Below, in pieces: positions 50,070 to 59,194 of a stretch of DNA of 64,000 nucleotides. Under the pieces are notes generated by a model. It was not told the origin of the DNA and ran no database searches. It saw only the letters and a program-made list of their open reading frames with translations. This DNA is from Gemmatimonadota bacterium (GTDB lineage Bacteria > Gemmatimonadota > Gemmatimonadetes > Gemmatimonadales > GWC2-71-9): assembly GCA_036679605.1 (NCBI GenBank), contig JAZDCZ010000419.1:64001-128000 (forward strand), read 5' to 3'. Position 1 is the first letter of the stretch. Each line of letters begins with the position of its first letter. Made by a program: the position numbers and the translations under genes.

Positions 50070-50412
50070 GGCGCTAAAGCTCTTGGAGGACATCCGCGAC
50101 GCCGGCACATTCATCCTGGATACCGTGGCCCGGTTATCCCTGGCGGAGTACCTGGAAAACCGTCTGGTGCGTCAGGCGGTGGAGCGTAATCTCCAGATCA
50201 TCGGCGAAGCGATGAACCGGCTTCACCAAGTAGACTCTGAGGTCGCAGCTCGGGCCGGCGAAGTGGCCCGGATCGTGGCGTTTCGCAACATCCTGGTTCA
50301 CGGATACGACATGCTCGACCACGAGATCGTGTGGCAGGTCATCCGCGATAATCTGCCGACCCTGCTGGAGCGAACAAGCGGGCTGTTGTCGGAACCCGAT
50401 GATGTGTCCTGA
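50059..50412 (+). CDS. HEPN/DUF86 RNase toxin (HepT-type)
   Basis: AVERNLQIIGEA, RNILVHGY (Rx4HxY), EIVW; overlaps the MNT stop. Confidence 0.9.
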   Translation: MRPEALKLLEDIRDAGTFILDTVARLSLAEYLENRLVRQAVERNLQIIGEAMNRLHQVDSEVAARAGEVARIVAFRNILVHGYDMLDHEIVWQVIRDNLPTLLERTSGLLSEPDDVS

Positions 50413-50736
50413 ATCTGGCAGGCACCGGGTCCGGGGCTTCCAGACTTGGAATGAACGATAGCGTTTGTCGGGATTCATGGCATCAGCACTCCGTTTCCTG
50501 TCGCGATGTCATCCAATTGTTTGAATATGTTCCCCGCGAGCGATGATCGGTATACCCCAAAATAGTGCGATGAACTCGACGAAATAATTGCCCTCGCGCT
50601 GAAAGGCAGAATCGGCCAGTACTAGAGGTGTGCCCGACGAGTGTCAGGTCGTGTGGGAGGGAAGTGCGAGTCGTGAAGAAGCGGAAGTTCCTAACGGCAA
50701 TTTCAGATCGCAGACTTGTGGTTCTGGCTGCGATGT

Positions 50737-52008
50737 CTAGCCGGCGGATAATAGCGCGCGCAACTTCTCCGCAACCGCGGGAACGGGTGGCACGTCTCGG
50801 GACAAAGTCAGGAAGAGCTTGTCGTAGTCCAGTACAGGGTCGGTCACGGAAAGGCCCTCGAGGAGCGCCCGATCGGGACCGGCGTAGTCGTAGAGCCCGG
50901 CCTCTTCGGTCAGCCGCATGGCGTTCTCCAGGTGGTGCACCGCCTGGCGCGTCTTACGGAAGCGCGCGAACGCCATTCCCAGCGTAACTTCCAGATCGCG
51001 CCGTTCCGTCTCCGTCAGGTCCTCCTCCGATGCCGGGATCCGGAGGCGCAACCGCTCGAAGCCGACCCGGTTGCCCCTGAGGCCCGCAAGCTGAAGGAGT
51101 TGGGTGAGCGCCCGAACCCGTAGCCTTGGCGGCGGCTCCCCTTGCAACACGAAGTTGAACGCATCTTCGGCCGGCTGGTAGTGGCCGGCCTCGGACAGCG
51201 TGTACCCCAATATTTCGACTGACTGCTGACGGTCGAGTGACGTATGGGAGCACGCTACCGCCTCAAATGCCATAGCCACGGCGTCATCCACGCGGTTCGT
51301 AAATCGGCAGACCTCGGCTAACTGCTGGCACACAAGCGCCTCGGCCTTACGGTCACCGCCTTTCTGGGCGTCCTTTCTCAGCTTCTCGAGCGCGCGTTCC
51401 GACTGCTCGAAGTTGCCGCACGCAATCAACACACGTGCCCGGCCGGTCCGGCTGATTAGCCCCCAATGTTCATTCGAGAGGCCCGACGCCAGCTTTCCGG
51501 CTGCCTTGAATGCATCGTCGGCCTCATCGGTTTCGAGGCACGACAACAAGACCGCACCGCAGCGAAGGTGGGTTTGAATGGCTTCCTCGACATCGTCCAC
51601 GTTCGTTACGCGAAGGGCTGTACGCAGCACGTCCAAAATTTCCGCCACGGGCCGGTCTTGCTCCAGCCAATCCGCGTAGCTGACAAGCGGTTGCCACAGA
51701 GGGCGTAGGTGCTCCGCACAAGCACATTCGCCACAGGCCTCAACGATCCCCAGGAGCAATTCGACTTCCTCGGTGCCCTGGGGCAGATCCGTGAGGTAAT
51801 CCCGTGTCGCCTCGATCTGATAAAGGGTTCCCCTGCTTTGGGTATTGCCGCTCGCGAATTGATCGACTAGCCGGAGTGTCAGGAAGGCGCCCAAATTGAG
51901 CTGACCACTCTCCACGCCCGCACTGTCCCCCGCCCGCTCGATGAACGGCATATGCGAAATGGGCCAGGGCGGCCGGAAGTCGGAATCAGTGGTATCGATG
52001 ATTGTCAC
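50737..52008 (-). CDS. Hypothetical helical-repeat (TPR-like) protein
   Basis: 423-aa ORF with repeated xLGx..xGx..xAx..F helices (e.g. ILGYTLSEAGHYQPAEDAF). Start uncertain. Confidence 0.7.
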   Translation of the reverse strand: MTIIDTTDSDFRPPWPISHMPFIERAGDSAGVESGQLNLGAFLTLRLVDQFASGNTQSRGTLYQIEATRDYLTDLPQGTEEVELLLGIVEACGECACAEHLRPLWQPLVSYADWLEQDRPVAEILDVLRTALRVTNVDDVEEAIQTHLRCGAVLLSCLETDEADDAFKAAGKLASGLSNEHWGLISRTGRARVLIACGNFEQSERALEKLRKDAQKGGDRKAEALVCQQLAEVCRFTNRVDDAVAMAFEAVACSHTSLDRQQSVEILGYTLSEAGHYQPAEDAFNFVLQGEPPPRLRVRALTQLLQLAGLRGNRVGFERLRLRIPASEEDLTETERRDLEVTLGMAFARFRKTRQAVHHLENAMRLTEEAGLYDYAGPDRALLEGLSVTDPVLDYDKLFLTLSRDVPPVPAVAEKLRALLSAG

Positions 52009-52024
52009 ACCCCCATGCTAGAGT
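52003..52024 (+). promoter_or_regulatory. TGTCAC-N10-TANNNT motif, copy 1
   Basis: TGTCAC ACCCCCATGC TAGAGT. Confidence 0.5.
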
Positions 52025-52101
52025 GCGAATGTGGTCGGCTGCCTAGAACTTGCAACGGATTGCGGGAGTCTGCTAGAGGGGGCAAGCGACGGATCCCAGG
52101 T

Positions 52102-52136
52102 GATTTCAGATTACGGATCGCCGATTGGCGATTGCG
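52102..52136 (+). repeat. Degenerate heptamer tandem repeat
   Basis: GATTTCA GATTACG GATCGCC GATTGGC GATTGCG. Confidence 0.6.
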
Positions 52137-52171
52137 GAGCGGTCGTTCGGCAGCATCGGCGTAGACCGAAT

Positions 52172-52193
52172 TGTCACACCCCCCACCTAGCTT
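52172..52193 (+). promoter_or_regulatory. TGTCAC-N10-TANNNT motif, copy 2
   Basis: TGTCAC ACCCCCCACC TAGCTT. Confidence 0.5.
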
Positions 52194-52479
52194 CGACACG
52201 AGCAGAGAGTGCTCAGGTGAACACCACTCAGAATATGAGCGATAATTCAAATGGTCTATCGTACTCACGGTGCAGGTGACCGAGGAGAGATCAAATGCTC
52301 GAAGAACATCGGAGCAGTCCAAGAAATCGGGGGCAAATGTCCCAAGAACGACGTATGATGTCCCAAAAACGCCCTATCGTGGGGAAGGATCGGGGTGCAA
52401 GTTGTGGACTGATGCTTTGTCTACCGGCTCACGCCAAGTCAGATTCACCGTCAAGGAACAACTCTCACAGGAAAAGACA

Positions 52480-55128
52480 ATGGAAGGTGAACCGACGGGC
52501 TTCTGGGGAAAACTTGAACGGCACGATGGGGAAGTCACATGGCATCCTCTTGTAGATCACTGCGCGGACGTAGCGGCGTGCTTTGAGGCACTACTCAACC
52601 AGCCAGTGATTCGAAAACGGCTTGCAGGTCTCGGTGGCCTGGATGACCTGTCCAAGGGGCAGCGCGCTCGCTTGTGTTATCTGGCAGCGCTGCACGACCT
52701 GGGCAAGTACAATATCGGCTTTCAGAACAAGGCCTACTTGAAGAAGACACCTACTGCCGGTCATGTTGGAGAACCATCGGCCTTGTTCGGCTCCGGAGAC
52801 AAGATTGCCAGTCGCTTGGCAGATGCAATCCAGTTTTCCGAGCTATGCTCGTGGTGCACTGAGGCGGAGACCTTTGGAGAACTTCTGGTAGCCGCACTGG
52901 CCCATCATGGCAAACCTGTTGCGCTCGGCTCGCCGGTGCGCTCAGATATATGGCAAACAATGGGGGAACTCCAACCGTTCGAGGGTATCGCGGATCTGGC
53001 ATGCCAAGCGAGATGTTGGTTCCCAGACGCGTTCGGTGGATCCTTAGATCCATTGCCAGCGGATTCAGCTTTTCAACACGCTTTTAATGGATTCCTGACG
53101 TTGGCCGACTGGCTCGGATCCGACACCAAGATTTTTCCATTTTCAGAAGAGGCAGATCACGACCGATTCGCGTGGAGCCAAGAGCGAGCATGCCTGGCAT
53201 TATCCAGGATCGGACTCGATGCCACCGGTGCTCGTGCTTCCCTAGGTTCGGACCGGCCGGGCTTCGCTACAATCTCTGGCTTTGACCCGCGCGACGCACA
53301 GAGGTGTATTGCCAACCTGGATATCGACAAGGAAGGGAGCCTCACCATCCTCGAGGCAGAGACCGGTTCCGGCAAAACGGAGGCGGCTCTGGCCAGGTTC
53401 ATTACACTGTTCCACGCTGGCGTCGTGGACGGTCTCTATTTCGCCCTTCCGACACGAACCGCTGCAACCCAGATATTTGAGCGCGTTTACAAGGCGGTTG
53501 TGCGTGCCTTCCCCGACGAACAGATTCGGCCTCCAGTTATTCGGGCCGTTCCCGGCTACATAGCAGCGGATGACAAGAGAGCCGAACGGTTGCCGCACTT
53601 TGAGGTACTGTGGAACGATGATGAAGACGAGAGGTATCGGTACCGGGGATGGGCGGCCGAGGCACCCAAGCGATATCTAGCTGGCGCGGTAGTGGTTGGT
53701 ACTGTAGATCAGATTCTCCTGTCATCTTTGGCCGTATCACATGCACATCTTCGTGCATCGTCGCTCCTAAGGCAGCTGCTGGTTGTAGACGAGGTTCACG
53801 CATCCGACGCATACATGACGCGGATCTTGGAAGCTGTGCTGCAACATCATCTAGCTGCCGGCGGTCATGCGCTTCTCATGTCGGCGACGCTAGGCGCTGT
53901 AGCCCGATTACGATTGTCGGGTGAAGCTGCGTACGAACTACCGTCACTCGCTACAGCTTCTAGTACACTTTATCCACTTGTTACACACCGTCCTCTGAGC
54001 GAATCTATCCGGCAGATTCCCATTCAGGACAGCGGAACACCGAAGACGATACGTGTCGAGACGTCTCCGATTATGAGCTCACCGAGGAGTGTGGCCGAGA
54101 TGGCTCTCGATGCCGCACGCCAGGGCGCGCGCGTGATCGTCATTCGCAACACAGTTCGAGACTGTATCGCCACCCAGAAAGCGATTGAAGCAATTGGCCT
54201 GGGGTCCGACTCCCAGCTGCTATTCCGATGTGGGAAAATCTCGGCACCCCATCACGCCCGATTCGCCCGGAAAGACCGAATCGCACTGGATAAAGCGCTA
54301 AACGAACAGTTCCAGCCCAAAGCTCTGGACAAGCCCTGTGTTGTGATTGCCACCCAAACAGTTCAGCAAAGTCTGGATATCGACTCCGATTACATGATTA
54401 CAGACCTCTGTCCGATCGATGTTTGGCTACAGCGGTTGGGTCGGCTCCACCGGCATTCTGAACGTCAATGCACTCAAGGGTTCCAGACAGCTGCGGTCAC
54501 GGTTCTGGTACCCAAAGAGCGTGACCTGACACCGCTAATCAAACAGCACGGTTCGGCGTCTGGACCACACGGTCTCGGCACAGTGTACGACGATCTCCGC
54601 GTCCTTGAAGCTAGTTGGCGAATCCTTGAGTATTCGCAAGAGGTGGAGCTTCCCACAATGAACCGGCAACTGGTCGAACAGGCAACCCATCCAGAGGCTT
54701 TGGCCACGATTGTGGCTGAGCTGGGAGATGAGTGGCACAAACATTATCAGCACCGGTCCGGTGTGACTCACGCCGAGCAGGGTCTTGCAAGGCTGAACCT
54801 AGTAAACCGAGAGGTTCCTTTCACTCACAAGGACTGCCTTTTCCCGTCTGGTGACCTGTCGCGCGCTATCAAGACCCGCTTGGGAGTTGACGATCGATTG
54901 GTACGCTTCAGCCATGAGCTGCCTGGGCCTTTTGGAAACGGAATTCGGGAGCTATCCCTGCCGGGACACATGGTGTATCAGGCAGAGCCGAACGAGGAGC
55001 CGAGGAAGATCGAGTCCGAATACAACGAAATCATGTTCACGTTCGGTCGCGTCCGATATCGTTACGACCACCTGGGTCTTCGGAAACTCGATAAACACAG
55101 GTCTACTGAGGAACGCGCAGATGACTGA
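52480..55128 (+). CDS. cas3: CRISPR helicase/nuclease Cas3 (HD + SF2)
   Basis: FWGK, HCADVA, LHDLGK, AETGSGKT, DEVH, MSAT, QRLGRLHRH. Confidence 0.95.
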   Translation: MEGEPTGFWGKLERHDGEVTWHPLVDHCADVAACFEALLNQPVIRKRLAGLGGLDDLSKGQRARLCYLAALHDLGKYNIGFQNKAYLKKTPTAGHVGEPSALFGSGDKIASRLADAIQFSELCSWCTEAETFGELLVAALAHHGKPVALGSPVRSDIWQTMGELQPFEGIADLACQARCWFPDAFGGSLDPLPADSAFQHAFNGFLTLADWLGSDTKIFPFSEEADHDRFAWSQERACLALSRIGLDATGARASLGSDRPGFATISGFDPRDAQRCIANLDIDKEGSLTILEAETGSGKTEAALARFITLFHAGVVDGLYFALPTRTAATQIFERVYKAVVRAFPDEQIRPPVIRAVPGYIAADDKRAERLPHFEVLWNDDEDERYRYRGWAAEAPKRYLAGAVVVGTVDQILLSSLAVSHAHLRASSLLRQLLVVDEVHASDAYMTRILEAVLQHHLAAGGHALLMSATLGAVARLRLSGEAAYELPSLATASSTLYPLVTHRPLSESIRQIPIQDSGTPKTIRVETSPIMSSPRSVAEMALDAARQGARVIVIRNTVRDCIATQKAIEAIGLGSDSQLLFRCGKISAPHHARFARKDRIALDKALNEQFQPKALDKPCVVIATQTVQQSLDIDSDYMITDLCPIDVWLQRLGRLHRHSERQCTQGFQTAAVTVLVPKERDLTPLIKQHGSASGPHGLGTVYDDLRVLEASWRILEYSQEVELPTMNRQLVEQATHPEALATIVAELGDEWHKHYQHRSGVTHAEQGLARLNLVNREVPFTHKDCLFPSGDLSRAIKTRLGVDDRLVRFSHELPGPFGNGIRELSLPGHMVYQAEPNEEPRKIESEYNEIMFTFGRVRYRYDHLGLRKLDKHRSTEERADD

Positions 55129-56671
55129 AATGCTTCACGATCTATTAAGCGAACCGTCGATAGGTGTGGGGTACAGCGGCGGACGCGAGGCACAGCTAAC
55201 CCTTCCACAAGTGCTGTCCGGTATGGCTAACGATGATGTGCAGTCGTTTACCTCACTGCAGGTCCATCAGACGCATGCGTGGCACGCATTCCTCTGCCAG
55301 TTGGCTGCAATCGTGCTACATCAATCGGGTACAGGAAAGCCGCCGTTGGACACTGACTGGTGGACAGAGCAACTGATTGCGGCAGCAAACGGAGAACGAT
55401 CTGCGTGGTGTTTGGTGGTAAAAGATCTATCAAAGCCTGCGTTCCTACAGCCGCCTGTCCCGGAGGATACGCTGGACAGATTCAACCAGGTCGGTCGTTT
55501 CCCAGATTTGCTCGATGTCCTGATCACCACCAAGAACCACGACGTCAAGGCGCGACGTATCCGCAATGCTAGGCCCGAACACTGGTTGTACGCATTAGTG
55601 TCCCTCCAGACTATGCAAGGCGTCCTCGGGCGGAACAACTACGGCATCGCCCGAATGAATCAAGGATTCGGTAGTCGGCCGTGCGTATCATTCGCCGCTA
55701 GTTTGTCGCGGAGCCACAGGTTTCTACGTGATGTCGCCGTACTTCTCGAGATTCGAGAACAATTGGTTCGCGAGCACGGGTACAAGGTGTCCGGAGGTCT
55801 GGCATTGGTTTGGCTCCACGAATGGGATGGTCTCGATTCGTTGGACATCGGTCGACTCGATCCCTTCTTCATCGAGGTCTGCCGACGCATTCGACTGACG
55901 AACGAGCGTCGATTCACGGCCTTTAAGGCACCAAGCAAGGTACCACGGATCGCCGCTAAGGAACTGAAGGGTGATACCGGTGACCCGTGGACGCCGATCA
56001 GCAAGGATAAGGGAGCAGCACTGACGGTTAGCGGCACCGGCTTTTCCTACAAGCTCACACACCAACTAATTGTTGGCTCAGATTACCGGATGGGACCTAC
56101 CGCCGACCTTCGGCCGGAAGATGGCAATGCCCCGATCTTCCTGGCGTGCACCCTGGTACGTGGCCGGGGAGAAACGGATGGATGGCACGAGCGTATCATT
56201 CCTATACCGCCCAAGGTTCGGCCGCTGCTAGGAGTGGGAAGTGAGCCGAGGAATCGGTTGGCTGACCTGGCGCGGTGGCGGGTGGAACAGACGGCCGCAG
56301 CCGAGCGATATGTGCTCAAGCCTGCACTGTGTGTGCTACTTCAGGGTGGTCCGGATTCGATCGATTTCCGAGACGAACGCCCTCGGGCTTGGCTGGACGG
56401 TTTCGATCGCGCAGTTGATGAGCGGTTCTTCGACTGCCTATGGGAAGATGCCGACCTGGACACGCAGGAAGCGCACCGACGCTGGGAACGAGTGATTCTG
56501 GATCTGGCCGAGCGCCAACTGAAGGGCGCTATGCAATCAGTACCGTTGCCGTCAGTGAGACGGTACCGAGCCTTGAGCGCCGCGGAGCGTATGTTCCGCG
56601 GCGCACGCAGTAAGCGGTTTCCGGAATGGCGACCCTATCAACTCGAAGACAGAAGGTCGGAACATGACTGA
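55121..56671 (+). CDS. cas8e: Type I-E large subunit Cas8e/Cse1
   Basis: Position after cas3; PAFLQPP, NHDVK, NYGIARMN, DPW. Confidence 0.85.
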   Translation: MTEMLHDLLSEPSIGVGYSGGREAQLTLPQVLSGMANDDVQSFTSLQVHQTHAWHAFLCQLAAIVLHQSGTGKPPLDTDWWTEQLIAAANGERSAWCLVVKDLSKPAFLQPPVPEDTLDRFNQVGRFPDLLDVLITTKNHDVKARRIRNARPEHWLYALVSLQTMQGVLGRNNYGIARMNQGFGSRPCVSFAASLSRSHRFLRDVAVLLEIREQLVREHGYKVSGGLALVWLHEWDGLDSLDIGRLDPFFIEVCRRIRLTNERRFTAFKAPSKVPRIAAKELKGDTGDPWTPISKDKGAALTVSGTGFSYKLTHQLIVGSDYRMGPTADLRPEDGNAPIFLACTLVRGRGETDGWHERIIPIPPKVRPLLGVGSEPRNRLADLARWRVEQTAAAERYVLKPALCVLLQGGPDSIDFRDERPRAWLDGFDRAVDERFFDCLWEDADLDTQEAHRRWERVILDLAERQLKGAMQSVPLPSVRRYRALSAAERMFRGARSKRFPEWRPYQLEDRRSEHD

Positions 56672-57197
56672 TCAAGTGATGAGCGTCTCCCAGGCGACAG
56701 ACGAACCGCCACACTCGAAAACGTCGATCATGAGCATCGTAAATCGAATCGCCGGTGCATTTGGGCGGGACATAGGTAGTGGCGATATAGCGATGTTACG
56801 ACGAATGGACCTCGATGACCTCGGGGCGTCGGCATTCTGGCGGATCATTTCCACGTATGTCCCTGCCGACACGTTACCAAATCATGATCCTTTGCTCGCC
56901 GAAACTGAACGGAAGTGGGCCATCGTTCTGAACGCACTGGCGATTTTGGCTGGCTTGCACCAACACAATGTGTCTCTGGGCGCTGCGTTGGCCCACGCCG
57001 GGTTTTCAGAGCTGAGATTTGTAAGGTTACTGCGGGCACGTGATGCTACGCTTGGAAGTCACGTTCGGTCTGCTGCATCGTACCTCGCATCCAAAGGACA
57101 GAGCGCCGATTGTGCAGATCTGGCACTTCTCGTGTTCAGCGACGCCGAGCCTGTAAGGCGTAAGCTCGCGCGCGATTACTACTATAACGGTGACTGA
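56664..57197 (+). CDS. cse2: Type I-E small subunit Cas11/Cse2
   Basis: GDIAMLRR, FSELRFVRLLRA, LARDYY. Confidence 0.88.
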   Translation: MTDQVMSVSQATDEPPHSKTSIMSIVNRIAGAFGRDIGSGDIAMLRRMDLDDLGASAFWRIISTYVPADTLPNHDPLLAETERKWAIVLNALAILAGLHQHNVSLGAALAHAGFSELRFVRLLRARDATLGSHVRSAASYLASKGQSADCADLALLVFSDAEPVRRKLARDYYYNGD

Positions 57198-57229
57198 TGA
57201 TCCAGAACCTCCAGTGGAGAACGTGAACC

Positions 57230-58438
57230 ATGGGTGCAAGATTCTTGCAGTTTCATTTCCTTACTTCCTACCCGTCAGCTCTCTTGAACCGGGACGACGC
57301 TGGCTTTGCCAAACGCATACCGTTCGGAGGTGTTACACGGACGCGCATTTCGTCCCAGTGTTTGAAGCGTCACTGGAGAACCTTCGACGGCGAGCACTCG
57401 CTCAGTAAGCTTGAGGCTCCCCAGACCATCAGATCGCGCCTTACATTCGACCGGTTCATTCTTGGTCCTCTCAAGGACGACGGCGTTGATGGCGAACTGG
57501 CTCGAGCGGTGACCGAGGCGCTGATGGTGGAAGTGCTAGGACAAAGCGCGAAGGCCAAGAAAGCCAAGAAGAAAAAGGAAGAGGAAGACAGCAGCAACGA
57601 TAGTGACCTACAAACCGGCCAGATCACCGTGCTTGGCCGACCTGAGATCGACTACCTCCTCAGCGAAGCTGGAAGAATATGCAAGGATCTATCCGACCCG
57701 AAGAAGGCAGAGAAAGCCGTGAAGGGAACCTTCGATCGAGACGGCTTGAAGAACTTGGCCAGGCTTAGTGCCGGGCTCGGAGTCGCACTATTCGGGCGGA
57801 TGGTGACCAGCGACATACTGGCGCGGGGTGATGCTGCAATGCATGTGGCCCATGCTTTCACTGTCCATGCCGAATCAGCGGAGAGCGATTACTTCTCCGC
57901 CGTGGACGACCTGCTCCAAGAAGGGGATGACGAAAAACTGGGCAGTGGCCACATCGGATCCACCGAACTGACCAGCGGACTCTACTATGGCTATGTGGTG
58001 ATCGATGTGCCGCTCCTGATATCCAACCTCGAGGGTTGCGAGCAGGAGGACTGGGAGAGCGCGGATCGTGATCTAGCTGCGCAGGTAGTGGAGCGTGTCC
58101 CCTACCTTATCGCGACTGTCTCTCCGGGCGCCAAGCTGGGATCGACCGCGCCGTACGCCTACGCACATTTCGTGTTGGGAGAGGCCGGATCCGCCCAACC
58201 GAGGACTCTAGCCAACGCCTTCCTCGAACCAGTTCGCGAACGGCCGAACCTGCTAGCCAACACTTACCTGTCACTGACGAACCACCTCAGCAGCCTCGAT
58301 ACCATGTACCGGAATGGCGTGTCACGGATGCTCTCGGCACAAAACACAGACGAAGATCTCTGCGCTGCGGTAGGCGTCGAACAGGCCGTGTCTCTGCCGG
58401 ATTTGGCACGATGGGCGGCCGACATGGTTCGGGAGTGA
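57230..58438 (+). CDS. cas7: Type I-E Cas7/Cse4
   Basis: LLNRDDAGFAK, RISSQCLKRHWR, ALFGRM, VAHAFT, DYFSAVDDL. Confidence 0.95.
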   Translation: MGARFLQFHFLTSYPSALLNRDDAGFAKRIPFGGVTRTRISSQCLKRHWRTFDGEHSLSKLEAPQTIRSRLTFDRFILGPLKDDGVDGELARAVTEALMVEVLGQSAKAKKAKKKKEEEDSSNDSDLQTGQITVLGRPEIDYLLSEAGRICKDLSDPKKAEKAVKGTFDRDGLKNLARLSAGLGVALFGRMVTSDILARGDAAMHVAHAFTVHAESAESDYFSAVDDLLQEGDDEKLGSGHIGSTELTSGLYYGYVVIDVPLLISNLEGCEQEDWESADRDLAAQVVERVPYLIATVSPGAKLGSTAPYAYAHFVLGEAGSAQPRTLANAFLEPVRERPNLLANTYLSLTNHLSSLDTMYRNGVSRMLSAQNTDEDLCAAVGVEQAVSLPDLARWAADMVRE

Positions 58439-58441
58439 CTC

Positions 58442-59194
58442 ATGTTGGATATCCTGGTTCTAAGATTTGATGCTCCGATCTTCAGTTTGGGCGGTCCTAT
58501 AGTTGATAGGAACAACATCACTCGGGAGTTCCCATCTGCATCTGCCATGACCGGCTTGATCGGAAACGCTCTTGGGTATCACCATCGTGACGCAGATTCA
58601 CTTCAGGATCTACAACGAAGACTGCGTTACGCAGCTCGTTCCGACTGCCCTGGCCAGCTAATAGTGGACTACCAAATAGTAGATTTGGGACAATCCTTGA
58701 TGTGCCAAGGAGGATGGACCACATATCGCGTGTTGGAGAAGCGCTCAGGCGGACGTGCCAAGACAGACACGCATCCCAGATATCGGTGGTACCGCGCCGA
58801 TAGCGTTATGACAGTTGCGCTGACGTTGAGAGACACTGGCGCTTCACCAACTACCGACGAAGTTGAACAGGCACTGAAACAACCGGCTCGGCCCTTGTTC
58901 ATCGGCCGAAAGTGCTGCATACCGAGTGGGCCATTGCTTTTTGGTCGCATTCACGCGAAGTCTCTGCTAGCCGCATTACAAGGGACCCCCCTTGCTCACC
59001 GTCCAGGTTACACCAGACAAGCTACAGTCCAGGCATGGTGGCCAGCCGACAAGGATGACCCAATCCAAGATCACCGCATGATGGTAGTCACCGATGAAAG
59101 AGACTGGAAGAATCAGATTCATGCTGGCCAGCGCAACATTCGACATGGCAAGATCCGGGTTTCAGTGGGGGACACTAACGATGACGCAGAATAA
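58442..59194 (+). CDS. cas5: Type I-E Cas5
   Basis: FPSASAMTGLIGNALG, DYQ, PARPLFIGRKCCIP. Confidence 0.93.
   Translation: MLDILVLRFDAPIFSLGGPIVDRNNITREFPSASAMTGLIGNALGYHHRDADSLQDLQRRLRYAARSDCPGQLIVDYQIVDLGQSLMCQGGWTTYRVLEKRSGGRAKTDTHPRYRWYRADSVMTVALTLRDTGASPTTDEVEQALKQPARPLFIGRKCCIPSGPLLFGRIHAKSLLAALQGTPLAHRPGYTRQATVQAWWPADKDDPIQDHRMMVVTDERDWKNQIHAGQRNIRHGKIRVSVGDTNDDAE

Noticed and set aside
50529..50542. GTTCCCCGCGAGCG resembling a degenerate I-E repeat (CreTA or mini-array)
   Set aside because: Only the 5' half is present; no complementary GGGGA arm and no second repeat at spacer distance.
50480..50736. Phr/AimP-like signalling peptide downstream of the TPR gene
   Set aside because: No small ORF with SD, start codon and signal-peptide pattern on the minus strand.
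52253..52260. GGTCTATC, reverse complement of the repeat 3' handle, upstream of cas3
   Set aside because: 8-nt match only; no repeat stem or partner repeat, so insufficient for a CRISPR-like regulatory RNA.
52270..52479. 70-aa N-terminal extension of Cas3 as a novel domain
   Set aside because: The Cas3 FWGK motif begins just after ATG 52480, which has a purine-rich SD-like tract; the extension looks non-globular.
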